Shown here: positions 8,501 to 17,702 of the stretch, piece by piece
Layout of the letters: every line of letters starts with the position of its first letter
Position numbering within the stretch: the stretch's first letter is position 1
Origin: Sediminispirochaeta sp.
GTDB taxonomy: Bacteria; Spirochaetota; Spirochaetia; B11-G9
NCBI GenBank assembly: GCA_024763455.1
Contig: JANTFL010000018.1
Coordinates: forward strand, 1-32,852
DNA: 32,852 bases
Reading direction: 5' to 3'
The notes under the pieces: model-generated
Told to the model about the DNA's origin: nothing
What the model saw: only the letters and a program-made list of their open reading frames with translations
The model's database searches: none
Made by a program: the position numbers and the translations under genes

Positions 8501-9112
8501 GGCTGGGCTTATGATATCGGGTACGGCGGCCTGGACCATGTTGTGGCCTCGGGTAAAAATGTAAATATTCTCGTCCTTGATACAGAGGTTTACTCCAACA
8601 CCGGTGGACAAGCCTCCAAGTCGACACCTATCTCAGCAGTGGCAAAGTTTGCTAACGCAGGAATGCGGCTTCCCAAAAAGAACCTTGGTCTTATGTGCAT
8701 GAGTTATGGATATGTTTACGTTGCTTCAATCGCCATGGGAGCAAACAGGGCTCAAACACAGAAAGCCATGAGCGAGGCAGAGAGTTATCCAGGTCCATCA
8801 ATCATCATAGCCTATTCCCCCTGTATCGCCCACGGATTTGATATGAGTCAGTCCCAGTCAGAAGAAAAACGTGCTGTTGAAGCAGGTTATTGGCCGCTTT
8901 ATAGATTCAATCCTCTGGCAGAAGAAGGGAAGCGGTTTACCTGGGAAACAAAAGAGCCGAAAATGGATTACAAAGAATACATCAAGGGTGAACGACGGTA
9001 TGCAGCGTTACAGCGGACAGCACCGGAAGAAGCTGAAGCTCTATACGAAGAAGCAGCTCAAGATGCAAAAAGAAGGATGAAATTCCTTAAAGATTTCGGA
9101 GAGCTCCTGTAG
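5591..9112 (+). CDS. nifJ: Pyruvate:ferredoxin (flavodoxin) oxidoreductase, single-chain NifJ/PFOR type (1173 aa).
   Basis: The N-terminus [39 protein letters not shown] is canonical. There are two ferredoxin-type cluster motifs ([12 protein letters not shown] and [12 protein letters not shown]) and a TPP-binding region ([16 protein letters not shown]). Confidence 0.95.
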   Translation: [1173 protein letters not shown]

Positions 9113-9147
9113 GAGGGGATACTGATTACATAAAGGTAAATTTTAAT

Positions 9148-9184
9148 AAAGGGCTGCTCCTTAACGGAACAGCCCTTTTTTTTG
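9148..9184. terminator. Bidirectional rho-independent terminator between nifJ (+) and the pit operon (-).
   Basis: AAAGGGCTGCTCC ttaac GGAACAGCCCTTT is a ~10-bp stem with one mismatch, followed by T9 (9176-9184). An A-rich stretch precedes it, which serves the minus strand. Confidence 0.75.
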
Positions 9185-9194
9185 TAAGAGATCC

Positions 9195-9830
9195 CTAATT
9201 GCTTAATGGTTTGTCGATCATCCCTATTATCCGTTTGATAGCCTGAAGATAGTTTATATTTTCAACTCCCTCTAGTCCCACATCTTTAAGGGTTTTAAGG
9301 ATATCAGCTATTACTGTGGATTCTGAATTTATGGTTACAACCTTGGCACCGTTAATCCATACATTTGCTACTTCGCAGATGGTTTCGTTAACCGAGTATC
9401 CATATCTTTGCTTTTCAACCTTGACAGGCTGTAAATCCTTATGGGCCTTTACAATGGCTATGAACTCATCCAGAGTATAGATATCCTTGTCCAGTGCAGG
9501 CATCTCTACTTGGAAAGCAGGAAATACTTCTTCCTCAAGGACCTTTTTGGAAATGGGGAATTCACCTTTCATAAGAGGATTCCACTGTTCCAACCCCTCT
9601 TTTTCCTGAACAAAGGTTTTAATGTCCATTTTCCCATTACGAATTTTTGTATTATTAATATCGTTGGTGGCAGAAACAATATAAATCTCTTCCGAATGAC
9701 GTTCCCACACTTTCTCAGGGACAGGAACAGATAACCGTGCCATTCTGAAAGCAGCTTCATCAAAAGCTCGTCCAAAGGTTCTGAACTCAAACCTCGGGTC
9801 CGACTGAACCCCAATTTCCATTTTAGCCAT
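9195..9830 (-). CDS. Hypothetical protein (211 aa) of unrecognised family. It is the third gene of the DUF47-PiT operon.
   Basis: ATG with an AAGGAG RBS, 28 nt downstream of the PiT stop, co-directional. It is soluble, with alternating charged and hydrophobic residues suggesting beta strands. I could identify no motif. Confidence 0.55.
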   Translation of the reverse strand: MAKMEIGVQSDPRFEFRTFGRAFDEAAFRMARLSVPVPEKVWERHSEEIYIVSATNDINNTKIRNGKMDIKTFVQEKEGLEQWNPLMKGEFPISKKVLEEEVFPAFQVEMPALDKDIYTLDEFIAIVKAHKDLQPVKVEKQRYGYSVNETICEVANVWINGAKVVTINSESTVIADILKTLKDVGLEGVENINYLQAIKRIIGMIDKPLSN

Positions 9831-9858
9831 ATATAACTCCTTATGTTATAAATAATAT

Positions 9859-10911
9859 TTAATAGACAATCTGTCCAAAAACATTCTGCACTACAAAAAG
9901 GGCAAAAAAGGCCACTACAGCTCCAATCACCGGAGTAGCAATCCACCCCAGACTTATCCTTCCCAGAATCCGCAAATTAAGATTCCGACCGCCTTTTGCA
10001 AGACCGATGCCGATAACACCGCCTACTATTGACTGTGAACTTGATACAGGGACCAGAGGAAACGACGGTAAATGATGTCCAACAAGAAATGCTTTAAGTC
10101 CCTGGGAGGCAAAGAGAAAAAGAACAATCGAGCTTGAGAGGACTACAATAAATGCAGTTATGGGTGAAAGCTGATAGATGCTTGTTCCCACTGTCATCAT
10201 AACCCGTTTGGAATAGGTAAAGACCCCCACTGCGATCGCAATTCCTCCAAGAAGAAAGAGCTGCTGAACACCGCTGAATGTATAAAACGAACCGAATGAA
10301 AAGGAGGGGAAAGCACTTTCAGCACTTTTAATAAATACCCCCATAACATTTCCAATGTTGTTCGCTCCCAGACTGTAGGATCCAAAAGCTCCTGCAATGA
10401 GCAAAAGAGCTCTTGTATACCCGTCCAGCCGTATTAAATGAATTTTAACCTTTTTCATAAAAGCGGTAACGATAAAATAAAGAATAAATGCAAAAAACGC
10501 AGTCAGAACGGGAGAAAAGACCCAGGTTCCGACAACCTTGAGCAGTGCTTTTCCATTGATAGCAGTCCCGGAAAAGAGGTTCCATCCAAGGATAGCACCG
10601 ACGATTGCCTGGGTGGTAGAAACAGGAAGAGCAAGCTTTGTCATCCAATAAACCGATAGTGCTGCTGACAAAGCCACAGTAAATGCTCCCGCCAGCGTAC
10701 CAATTGCCCCAAGTTTTCCAAGGGTATGAGACGCTCCCGCTCCGCTGACAACGGCCCCCAAAATTATAAATATACTGCAGACCAGAGCCGCCTGTTTAAA
10801 TTTGACCATACGGGTCCCAACAGCAGTTCCCCAGACATTGGCAGCATCATTTGCTCCCAATGACCATCCAAGAAACAGACCGCTGGTTAAAAAAAGTAAT
10901 GTTGTTCCCAT
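9859..10911 (-). CDS. pitA: Inorganic phosphate transporter, PiT (PHO4) family.
   Basis: Duplicated GANDAAN / GANNIGN signature motifs. It has about 10 TM segments and is 350 aa. Confidence 0.9.
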   Translation of the reverse strand: MGTTLLFLTSGLFLGWSLGANDAANVWGTAVGTRMVKFKQAALVCSIFIILGAVVSGAGASHTLGKLGAIGTLAGAFTVALSAALSVYWMTKLALPVSTTQAIVGAILGWNLFSGTAINGKALLKVVGTWVFSPVLTAFFAFILYFIVTAFMKKVKIHLIRLDGYTRALLLIAGAFGSYSLGANNIGNVMGVFIKSAESAFPSFSFGSFYTFSGVQQLFLLGGIAIAVGVFTYSKRVMMTVGTSIYQLSPITAFIVVLSSSIVLFLFASQGLKAFLVGHHLPSFPLVPVSSSQSIVGGVIGIGLAKGGRNLNLRILGRISLGWIATPVIGAVVAFFALFVVQNVFGQIVY

Positions 10912-10923
10912 TTGACGGCTCCC

Positions 10924-11574
10924 TTAGATGCTTCGCTTTATCGTGTATACATCCAGTCTCTCAGCAACATCCTCTGACGTGTCCGCCAGAAGTGAAATTC
11001 GCTCGGCAAAATAACGGACCTGAACCTTTATACTGAGTTTATCCAGCTTTTCCGAAGCAAAAGCTTTTCTCTTTATCCGTTCTTCAACCTTGTCTGCTTC
11101 ATGCTCCCAGTAATGAACCTGAGTAATAAAATCATGAACCTGTGAGAGCTCTCTAAAAAAGGATCGTGATGCAGAAACAAGCTCTTTTGCAGTTTTTACA
11201 GACATCTCGGTTAAGGAGAGAAAATCTTCCTTGAATTCTCCAAGTGCAGCCGGCTTTTCAATTGAAAACTCTCTTAAAACTTCTTCGGTTACATCAATAA
11301 CATCATCCAAAGTTTCCAAAAGCCCCAGCACATCTCCACGGGCATCCGGAATCAGTAAATCTCTGTACAATGTATACTTGATATCTCTTCGCAGTTCATC
11401 GCTCGCACTTTCCAAATCACATGCTTCTTTGTACTTGTCCTCAAAAAGATCCATATTCCCATTGAAGTATTCTTTCACTCCCTGTTCAAAGGTCAGAATA
11501 GCCTTTGTAATATTATCCAGGTACTTGTCAATGTTGCCTTCAATCTTTCTGGCACGTTGAAAAAACAGATTCAT
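10924..11574 (-). CDS. DUF47-family, PhoU-like Pit accessory/regulatory protein.
   Basis: A 216-aa helical, acidic protein encoded immediately upstream of PiT in the classic DUF47-PiT pairing. Confidence 0.75.
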   Translation of the reverse strand: MNLFFQRARKIEGNIDKYLDNITKAILTFEQGVKEYFNGNMDLFEDKYKEACDLESASDELRRDIKYTLYRDLLIPDARGDVLGLLETLDDVIDVTEEVLREFSIEKPAALGEFKEDFLSLTEMSVKTAKELVSASRSFFRELSQVHDFITQVHYWEHEADKVEERIKRKAFASEKLDKLSIKVQVRYFAERISLLADTSEDVAERLDVYTIKRSI

Positions 11575-11704
11575 ATTGCTCTCCTAAAAAGTATTATTGT
11601 AAAGAGGATTTTATCATAGATTGAATAAAACTTTTAGTCTAATTAAAATTAATTATTCCTTTCATAAATAATAATTATACAGTAGAATACATCAGGTTGT
11701 ACTC

Positions 11705-12619
11705 ATGGATCTATACAAACTTAAATCGTTCTATACCGTTGCAAAAATGGGCAGTTTTTCCAGGGCAGCTGAAGTACTTTATCTGACCCAGCCTGCGGTC
11801 AGTACTCAGATACGGGATCTTGAACACGAATATAAAACGAAACTTTTTGAAAGAATCGGCAGGAATATCCGTTTAACCCAATCGGGGGAAATGCTCATCC
11901 CCTATGTAAAAAATATTCTGGATCTTGTCGATGAATCCCATCTTGCAGTTAACGTACTAAAAAAAGCCGGAGAGGGTTCGCTGAAAGTCGGGGTAAGTGA
12001 TCTACCGGGAGCAAGACTCATTCCTGATTGTCTTTCTAAATTTCTAAAGCAGTATCCTAAAGTCAGTATCTCAATAACTGCAAAGAAATCATCCTTTATC
12101 TCCGAACTTGTAAAAACTAATAAAATTGATCTGGGTATAGTGGGTAACAGCTCACCGGAGATATCAAATAGTGATTTTAAAGGGGAAACTGTCTACAAGG
12201 ATAATATTGTCGTGGCTGTCAGCAACAACCACCCACTTGCTACACAGAGTTCAGTAACTGTTGAAGAACTTTCAAACCTTCCATTGATTGTATCCTTAAA
12301 AAATACTGTATCACGGCAGGCTATCGACAAGCTGTTTCACCGGCTCAACATTCCCTACAAGATTGCATATGAGATCGAAAACAAGGCAATGATCAAAACA
12401 ATGATTGAGAGGAATCTGGGAATAGCATTTTTCAGTTATCTGGAAATAAAAAAAGAAGCGGAATCAGGATGGATCAAAACTCTTCCTCTATCTGATTATC
12501 CCTTTTACCGATACATCCAGATTATTTATCATAAAAACAAGGAACTTTCACCAAGCCAGAAAGCATTCTATGATTTCTTTGTACAAGAAAAAGACTGCCC
12601 TGACGGGCAGTCATTGTAG
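11705..12619 (+). CDS. LysR-family transcriptional regulator.
   Basis: N-terminal HTH FSRAAEVLYLTQPAVSTQIRDLEHEY. It is 304 aa and divergent from the pit operon. Confidence 0.9.
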   Translation: MDLYKLKSFYTVAKMGSFSRAAEVLYLTQPAVSTQIRDLEHEYKTKLFERIGRNIRLTQSGEMLIPYVKNILDLVDESHLAVNVLKKAGEGSLKVGVSDLPGARLIPDCLSKFLKQYPKVSISITAKKSSFISELVKTNKIDLGIVGNSSPEISNSDFKGETVYKDNIVVAVSNNHPLATQSSVTVEELSNLPLIVSLKNTVSRQAIDKLFHRLNIPYKIAYEIENKAMIKTMIERNLGIAFFSYLEIKKEAESGWIKTLPLSDYPFYRYIQIIYHKNKELSPSQKAFYDFFVQEKDCPDGQSL

Positions 12620-12630
12620 TTTCTTTCTCT
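12593..12630. terminator. Bidirectional terminator between the convergent LysR and DHH genes.
   Basis: GACTGCCC tgac GGGCAGTC is a perfect 8-bp stem overlapping the LysR stop codon. T-rich sequence follows downstream and A5 lies upstream. Confidence 0.6.
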
Positions 12631-13715
12631 TAAGCGAAAAATTCCTTAAGCAGCGGCTGGAGCTTCTTACGGGAAACACCCAGATTCTTCTGGTTGTAAG
12701 CGTCGATCTTTTCTGCACCTTTAATCCCGGCTGTGTCCAGCCGTTCCAGGCCCAGATCTGAGCGCTCAAGGAATGATACAAGTTTCTCTCTTAAACCGGA
12801 ATCAGGAACATATACAACCAGATTCCGTGTAAATTCAGGTTCTGTAAAAGCATTCATTGCAAGGAGTACATCAAGAGATCGTTCTCTTCTATACTTTTCA
12901 AAAGAAGCAACAATATCCGGATCTTTTTTAAACCAATCATTGACCGGCATGAGCACAGAACCAATACCGCACATTTTCCCGCCGAGATTCCACTCTTTGT
13001 AATCTTTTCTTAAGAGGTCGTAGCTTCCCAGCGAAGACACATTAAACTTTTCAAACTGAAGTTTCTCAAATAAACCTTCCCTGTCGATCCCCTTCTTCTC
13101 AATCAAGGCGAGAGCTGCTTTTTCATCCTCCGGCTTCACCCTTCCTGCCTGAATATCAAGATTAACCGTATCAAGAAGAATCGTTCCCAGCAGAAGGGTT
13201 GCAACTGAATCATCGAGAAGATCGTTCCCTTTTTCCAAATACCGTTCTGCCACCAGAGTACAGGCAGAGCCTACCGGCCGTATATCAGTCTCGATCCCGG
13301 GGGGATAGTCTCCGTCATCTGCATGATGGTCCAGAATTGCAACTATGGCATCTTTGAACTTTTCCTGATGTGCGCCTATCTTGTTGTGATCGGTAAGAAT
13401 AAGCTCCAGATTACCCTTTCCGTAAAGGGCATTCAGGTCGATATCATCAACAGAAATGAGATTCGCCGGATCCACCCCGGCCTCTTTAAAGAGGAATACC
13501 GCTTCGGTTCTCAGCTTGAAATCGTTTATGGGGATATTAATAACAGGAACAGGATTCTCAGCAAATCCCTTGCTTTTTAGAAAGTATGCATAGGTAACTG
13601 CAGAGGCCATGGAATCCAGATCAGCTGCTTCGTTTCCCAGGACAACCGTCATCTTTTTATCAGTGTCCAGTCCGGATTTCACATCCTGTAGAAATTTATT
13701 AAGAACTCTTTCCAT
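12630..13715 (-). CDS. DHH-family phosphoesterase with a DHHA2-type C-terminus (family II pyrophosphatase / PPX1-like exopolyphosphatase group).
   Basis: Motifs LGNEAADLDSMASAV, LTDHNK and ILDHHADDGD (DHH). It is 361 aa. Confidence 0.7.
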   Translation of the reverse strand: MERVLNKFLQDVKSGLDTDKKMTVVLGNEAADLDSMASAVTYAYFLKSKGFAENPVPVINIPINDFKLRTEAVFLFKEAGVDPANLISVDDIDLNALYGKGNLELILTDHNKIGAHQEKFKDAIVAILDHHADDGDYPPGIETDIRPVGSACTLVAERYLEKGNDLLDDSVATLLLGTILLDTVNLDIQAGRVKPEDEKAALALIEKKGIDREGLFEKLQFEKFNVSSLGSYDLLRKDYKEWNLGGKMCGIGSVLMPVNDWFKKDPDIVASFEKYRRERSLDVLLAMNAFTEPEFTRNLVVYVPDSGLREKLVSFLERSDLGLERLDTAGIKGAEKIDAYNQKNLGVSRKKLQPLLKEFFA

Positions 13716-13873
13716 TTGTTCACTCCTTATTTCATGATATTCAATAATCCTCCCTCAAAAGAGTGGAACTGTCAATAAATAAGTTCATTACAACGTATCA
13801 AACATTTTAATAGGTTCTATAATAAATTTTAATTTTACATAGACAAAAAAATAAGACAATATGAGATTGGATA

Positions 13874-13901
13874 TTGATATTTTATCCAGTGAGAGTATAA
13901 T
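13874..13901 (+). promoter_or_regulatory. Candidate sigma70 promoter for tctC: -35 TTGATA (13874-13879), 16-nt spacer, -10 TATAAT (13896-13901). It is followed by the palindrome ACGTACGT (13911-13918).
   Basis: Read directly, in the 225-bp AT-rich divergent region. Confidence 0.45.
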
Positions 13902-13940
13902 TTTACTATCACGTACGTAAATACTATTAAGGAGCTTACC

Positions 13941-14894
13941 ATGAAGAAATTACTGATTGCAGTTTTACTGATTGCACTGCTTTCTGTCTCTCTGTTTGCA
14001 GGCGGCGCCAGTGAGGGATCTGAAGCAAGTTTTCCCACAAAACCGATTCACCTCATTGTGTACACCGGAGCTGGCGGAGCTGGAGATATTCTTTCCAGAA
14101 AATTTGTTGATATCGCATCCAAGTACACCGATGCAACGTTTGTAGTTGAAAACAAAGCCGGTGCAGGTGGTATTGTTGCAATGGAATACGTTAAAAGCAT
14201 TCCTGCGGATGGCTATACACTTATGTACGTTACAAAATCCAACATCAGCAAGCTTGCAGGAGCTTCTGAGATGAACCCTACCGCGGAATTCGACTGGATC
14301 GCTATGATGCAGATAGACCCTGAATGTGTTATTACCAATAATAAAACAGATGTCGTTACCTGGGAACAGGTTGTTGCTGATGCCAAAGCCAAGGATGGGA
14401 AACAGCTCTGGCTTGGCCCGGCTGCCGGAGGACTTGACAACGTAACAGCGGAGAGAATCTGGAAGGCTGCAGGAATCAAAGCTACCTGGGTACCCTTTGC
14501 CAGCGGTGGTAAAGCAAAAGCTGCTCTCTTAGGAAAGCAGGGTGTTACCTATACCGGTAACCCCGGTGAAATAATCGGGAAACCGGACTTTAGCGTTGCG
14601 GCTGTATGTCTTGATGAGAGGCTCCCACAGTTCCCCGATGTACCAACATTCAAAGAACTTGGTGTACTTGGAGTAGAAAACGAGATTATCTGGAGAGGTT
14701 TTGCCGTAAAGAAAGGTACTCCCGATGCTGTTATCGCATGGTATGATGATCTTTTCGAGAAAGTAAACAATGACGAAGACTGGATTGCGACCTATGCACC
14801 CAAAGGGAATAAGCTTGTTCATTATACCAGGGATAAGTTCAACCAGATTGTGGAAGAAGACTACAAGGGATACCTGGAAGCTTTCGGCAAGTAA
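13941..14894 (+). CDS. tctC: Tripartite tricarboxylate transporter substrate-binding protein (TctC/Bug family).
   Basis: Signal peptide, and family-typical blocks GAGGAGDILSRK and VENKAGAGGIVAMEYV. AAGGAG RBS. Confidence 0.9.
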   Translation: MKKLLIAVLLIALLSVSLFAGGASEGSEASFPTKPIHLIVYTGAGGAGDILSRKFVDIASKYTDATFVVENKAGAGGIVAMEYVKSIPADGYTLMYVTKSNISKLAGASEMNPTAEFDWIAMMQIDPECVITNNKTDVVTWEQVVADAKAKDGKQLWLGPAAGGLDNVTAERIWKAAGIKATWVPFASGGKAKAALLGKQGVTYTGNPGEIIGKPDFSVAAVCLDERLPQFPDVPTFKELGVLGVENEIIWRGFAVKKGTPDAVIAWYDDLFEKVNNDEDWIATYAPKGNKLVHYTRDKFNQIVEEDYKGYLEAFGK

Positions 14895-14914
14895 GCTCCA
14901 TCTGTTTTCAATAA

Positions 14915-14947
14915 CAAAGAGCAAGTCTTCTCAAGACTTGCTCTTTG
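14915..14947 (+). promoter_or_regulatory. Perfect 15-bp stem-loop with a 3-nt loop between tctC and tctB. Candidate intercistronic attenuator or mRNA-stability element.
   Basis: CAAAGAGCAAGTCTT ctc AAGACTTGCTCTTTG. There is no U-tract, so probably only partial termination. Confidence 0.6.
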
Positions 14948-14985
14948 ACTTGTCCTATCTTTCAATCTAACATACAGGAAATACA

Positions 14986-15552
14986 ATGGAAGTAGTAAAA
15001 TTTCTCGAAAAAGGTCCCGGACTTGCCCTCTTTCTGGGTTTTATGGTTGCCGTTCTGGGAGTTGTAATTTTTCTAATAAGGCGGTCTTCAAAAAAAGAGT
15101 ATACCGCACGGATAGTTTTCCCCGTAATTTTCATGGAAATAGCATTTGTTTTCTTGATTATCCTCATGGGATTTAAAAAGGGATCAGCCAATACAGTCGG
15201 TCCGGCAGTTGTACCTCTTTTGTGGATAATAGGGATATTTGCATTCAGTATTATACTGATAGTTAAAGTACTATTGGGGCATGAAGAAAAAGATCCTGAG
15301 TGGGGAAATATACGAGTTGCCGTCACCTACATTATTTTTACCGTTCTTTATCTTATAATTATGCAGTATCTCGGTTACTATATCGCTACGGTCCTGTTTC
15401 TCATCGGAGGCATGTACTATCTTACCTACAGAAACTGGAAAGTAATGATTTCTCTGACTGCGGGTTGGCTCGTTTTTTCGTATCTTGCATTCTACAAATT
15501 ATTATACGTTCCTCTTCCTCAGGGGAAATTGATAAGCTGGATCTTCGGCTAA
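14986..15552 (+). CDS. tctB: Tripartite tricarboxylate transporter small membrane subunit TctB.
   Basis: A 188-aa protein with 4 TM segments, between tctC and tctA. Confidence 0.8.
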   Translation: MEVVKFLEKGPGLALFLGFMVAVLGVVIFLIRRSSKKEYTARIVFPVIFMEIAFVFLIILMGFKKGSANTVGPAVVPLLWIIGIFAFSIILIVKVLLGHEEKDPEWGNIRVAVTYIIFTVLYLIIMQYLGYYIATVLFLIGGMYYLTYRNWKVMISLTAGWLVFSYLAFYKLLYVPLPQGKLISWIFG

Positions 15553-15565
15553 GGAGTCTTTAATT

Positions 15566-17047
15566 ATGGATTTACTATCTAACCTGGTAACGGGTTTCGG
15601 TTATCTGGCAGGGGTTCAGCCTGCAGTTGCAATTGTTGTGGGAGTAATACTTGGTATTCTTGCCGGAGCTATGCCCGGGCTCTCCCCTTCCATGGGGGTT
15701 GCTCTGCTTGTTCCGTTTACATACAAATTATCTCCGCAGATCTCGCTTATTCTTCTCGGTTCAATATACATCGCCGCAAATTACGGAGGTTCCATTACCG
15801 CAGTAACAATCAATACCCCGGGAACACCTTCGGCAGTGGTAACGTCCTTTGACGGGTATCCGCTTACAAAAATGGGTAAACCTGGAGTAGGACTTGGGAC
15901 GTCCCTCATCGCATCCACAGTAGGGGGAATAATAGGAACTATAATCCTTATTTTCTTTTCCGTACCACTGGCACGTCTGGCAGTTAAGCTGCATCCGGCA
16001 GAGTACTTTGCTCTTGCTATATTCGGCCTTGCTACCGTTGCTTCTCTCGGGGGTAAAAACTGGGCAAAAGCCTTTATAGCCGCTATGTTGGGACTTTTAA
16101 TCAATACAATCGGTATTGATCCTATATCCGGCGTACAGCGGTTTACCTTCGGTAATTATAAGCTATTCGATGGTTTTGCCCTGGTTCCCGCTCTTATTGG
16201 TCTCTTTGCATTGAGCGAGGTTTTTTCCAGAATGGAGGAATATAAACTTGAAAAAGGGGTTGTAGCAAAATTTGAAAAAGCAAATTGGCCTAAATTCATG
16301 GACTACTGGAAGCTTAAATTCACCATTCTCCGCTCCTCTATCCTGGGTACCCTGATCGGTATTTTCCCGGGAGCCGGTGCCACTATTGCCGCATTTTTAT
16401 CGTATGATGTTGCAAAAAAGAGCAGCAAGCACCCGGAGACATTCGGAAAGGGAAATCCGGAAGGGGTTGCAGCAGCAGAGGCAGCCAACTCAAGTTCAGT
16501 AGGCGGAGCCCTGGTGCCCCTTCTTGCCCTCGGTATTCCCGGAAGTGCTACAACTGCAGTTCTTATCGGCGCCCTTATGATCCATGATGTTAATCCCGGT
16601 CCCCTGCTGTTCGTAGAACGCCCTGATATCGTATATTCACTCTTTGCAGCACTTCTTGTTGCAAATGCTGTTATGCTGGTGCTCGGTCTTTGGGGGAGTA
16701 AACTCTGGATAAAAGTAACAATAATACCCAAAAAAGTGCTGCTACCGTCCATTCTGGCGATATCCATCATTGGGAGCTTTGCTGTACATTACTCAATCTT
16801 TGACGTTGCATCATGTATAGGATTCGGTATTGCCGGGTGGCTGCTTAAAAAACACGGCTATCCCGCCGCTCCCATAGTTCTGGGTATGGTGCTCGGGAAA
16901 CTTGCCGAAACCAACTTTAGACGCGCCGTACTCATGGGCGGATACAGTGTATTTATTACCCGTCCGGTAAGTATTATCCTGCTACTTCTTGCAGTTGCGT
17001 CATTTGCTGTTCCCCTTATGCAGAATAGAAAAAACAGCAGCGAATAA
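15566..17047 (+). CDS. tctA: Tripartite tricarboxylate transporter large permease TctA.
   Basis: A 493-aa polytopic membrane protein. AAGGAG RBS. Conserved TctA gene order. Confidence 0.9.
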   Translation: MDLLSNLVTGFGYLAGVQPAVAIVVGVILGILAGAMPGLSPSMGVALLVPFTYKLSPQISLILLGSIYIAANYGGSITAVTINTPGTPSAVVTSFDGYPLTKMGKPGVGLGTSLIASTVGGIIGTIILIFFSVPLARLAVKLHPAEYFALAIFGLATVASLGGKNWAKAFIAAMLGLLINTIGIDPISGVQRFTFGNYKLFDGFALVPALIGLFALSEVFSRMEEYKLEKGVVAKFEKANWPKFMDYWKLKFTILRSSILGTLIGIFPGAGATIAAFLSYDVAKKSSKHPETFGKGNPEGVAAAEAANSSSVGGALVPLLALGIPGSATTAVLIGALMIHDVNPGPLLFVERPDIVYSLFAALLVANAVMLVLGLWGSKLWIKVTIIPKKVLLPSILAISIIGSFAVHYSIFDVASCIGFGIAGWLLKKHGYPAAPIVLGMVLGKLAETNFRRAVLMGGYSVFITRPVSIILLLLAVASFAVPLMQNRKNSSE

Positions 17048-17090
17048 CCGGGCAGGAGGATACATTCCTCCCGGCCGTGTTGCTTACAAC

Positions 17091-17118
17091 AAAAAAGGAG
17101 CCATATGGCTCCTTTTTT
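17091..17118. terminator. Bidirectional rho-independent terminator between tctA (+) and the OFOR gamma subunit (-).
   Basis: A6 - GGAGCCATATGGCTCC (perfect 16-nt palindrome) - T6. An additional imperfect hairpin lies at 17048-17078. Confidence 0.85.
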
Positions 17119-17139
17119 AATAACTGATTGTTGGTCACT

Positions 17140-17679
17140 CTATGTTGTACTGCTGTTTGCCTTTTTTAAAACCTTGATATTGACTTCATTGTGTTTTTGA
17201 TTCCGCTTGGAAACTGCAATCTTTAAAGCATCAATAATATTATCCAGGGATACCAGATCTGGCTTTGCAGCCTGAAGGCGCCCGATTGCGGCCATATTTG
17301 CAGCCATCTTGCTCCCCTCGTCTTCTGCTATATCATTCGCTTTCACTGCAATAACCTCTATATCATCCCGCTCAGGTTTAAAGTCAATCAGTGAACTATT
17401 ATAGAGAAGTAATCCCCCCTTTTTTAAACGGGGCTCAAATTTTCGCATGGACGGCCCGTTCATTGCTACAACAATGGTAGGATGGGGAACCACAGGTGAA
17501 CCTATGGGATCATCTGAAATAACTACAGAACAGTTTGCCGTACCCCCCCTCATTTCTGCACCATAGCTGGGGATATGTGAAACATGCTTGCCCTCTTTCA
17601 TGGCAGCAAGACACAGCAGCTTACCAGCCATTATAACTCCCTGCCCTCCGAATCCTGCTACTACTATTTCTTCATGCAT
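17140..17679 (-). CDS. 2-oxoacid:ferredoxin oxidoreductase, gamma subunit.
   Basis: MHEEIVVAGFGGQGVIMAGKLL is a typical gamma N-terminus. GGAGG RBS. Confidence 0.85.
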   Translation of the reverse strand: MHEEIVVAGFGGQGVIMAGKLLCLAAMKEGKHVSHIPSYGAEMRGGTANCSVVISDDPIGSPVVPHPTIVVAMNGPSMRKFEPRLKKGGLLLYNSSLIDFKPERDDIEVIAVKANDIAEDEGSKMAANMAAIGRLQAAKPDLVSLDNIIDALKIAVSKRNQKHNEVNIKVLKKANSSTT

Positions 17680-17702
17680 AGTCTTTTTCCTCCAGCCTTT
17701 TT

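Noticed and set aside
11575-11704. LysR T-N11-A box or Pho box in the pit/LysR divergent region.
   Set aside because: The region is so AT-rich that T-N11-A matches are uninformative. I saw no repeated PhoB-like direct repeats.
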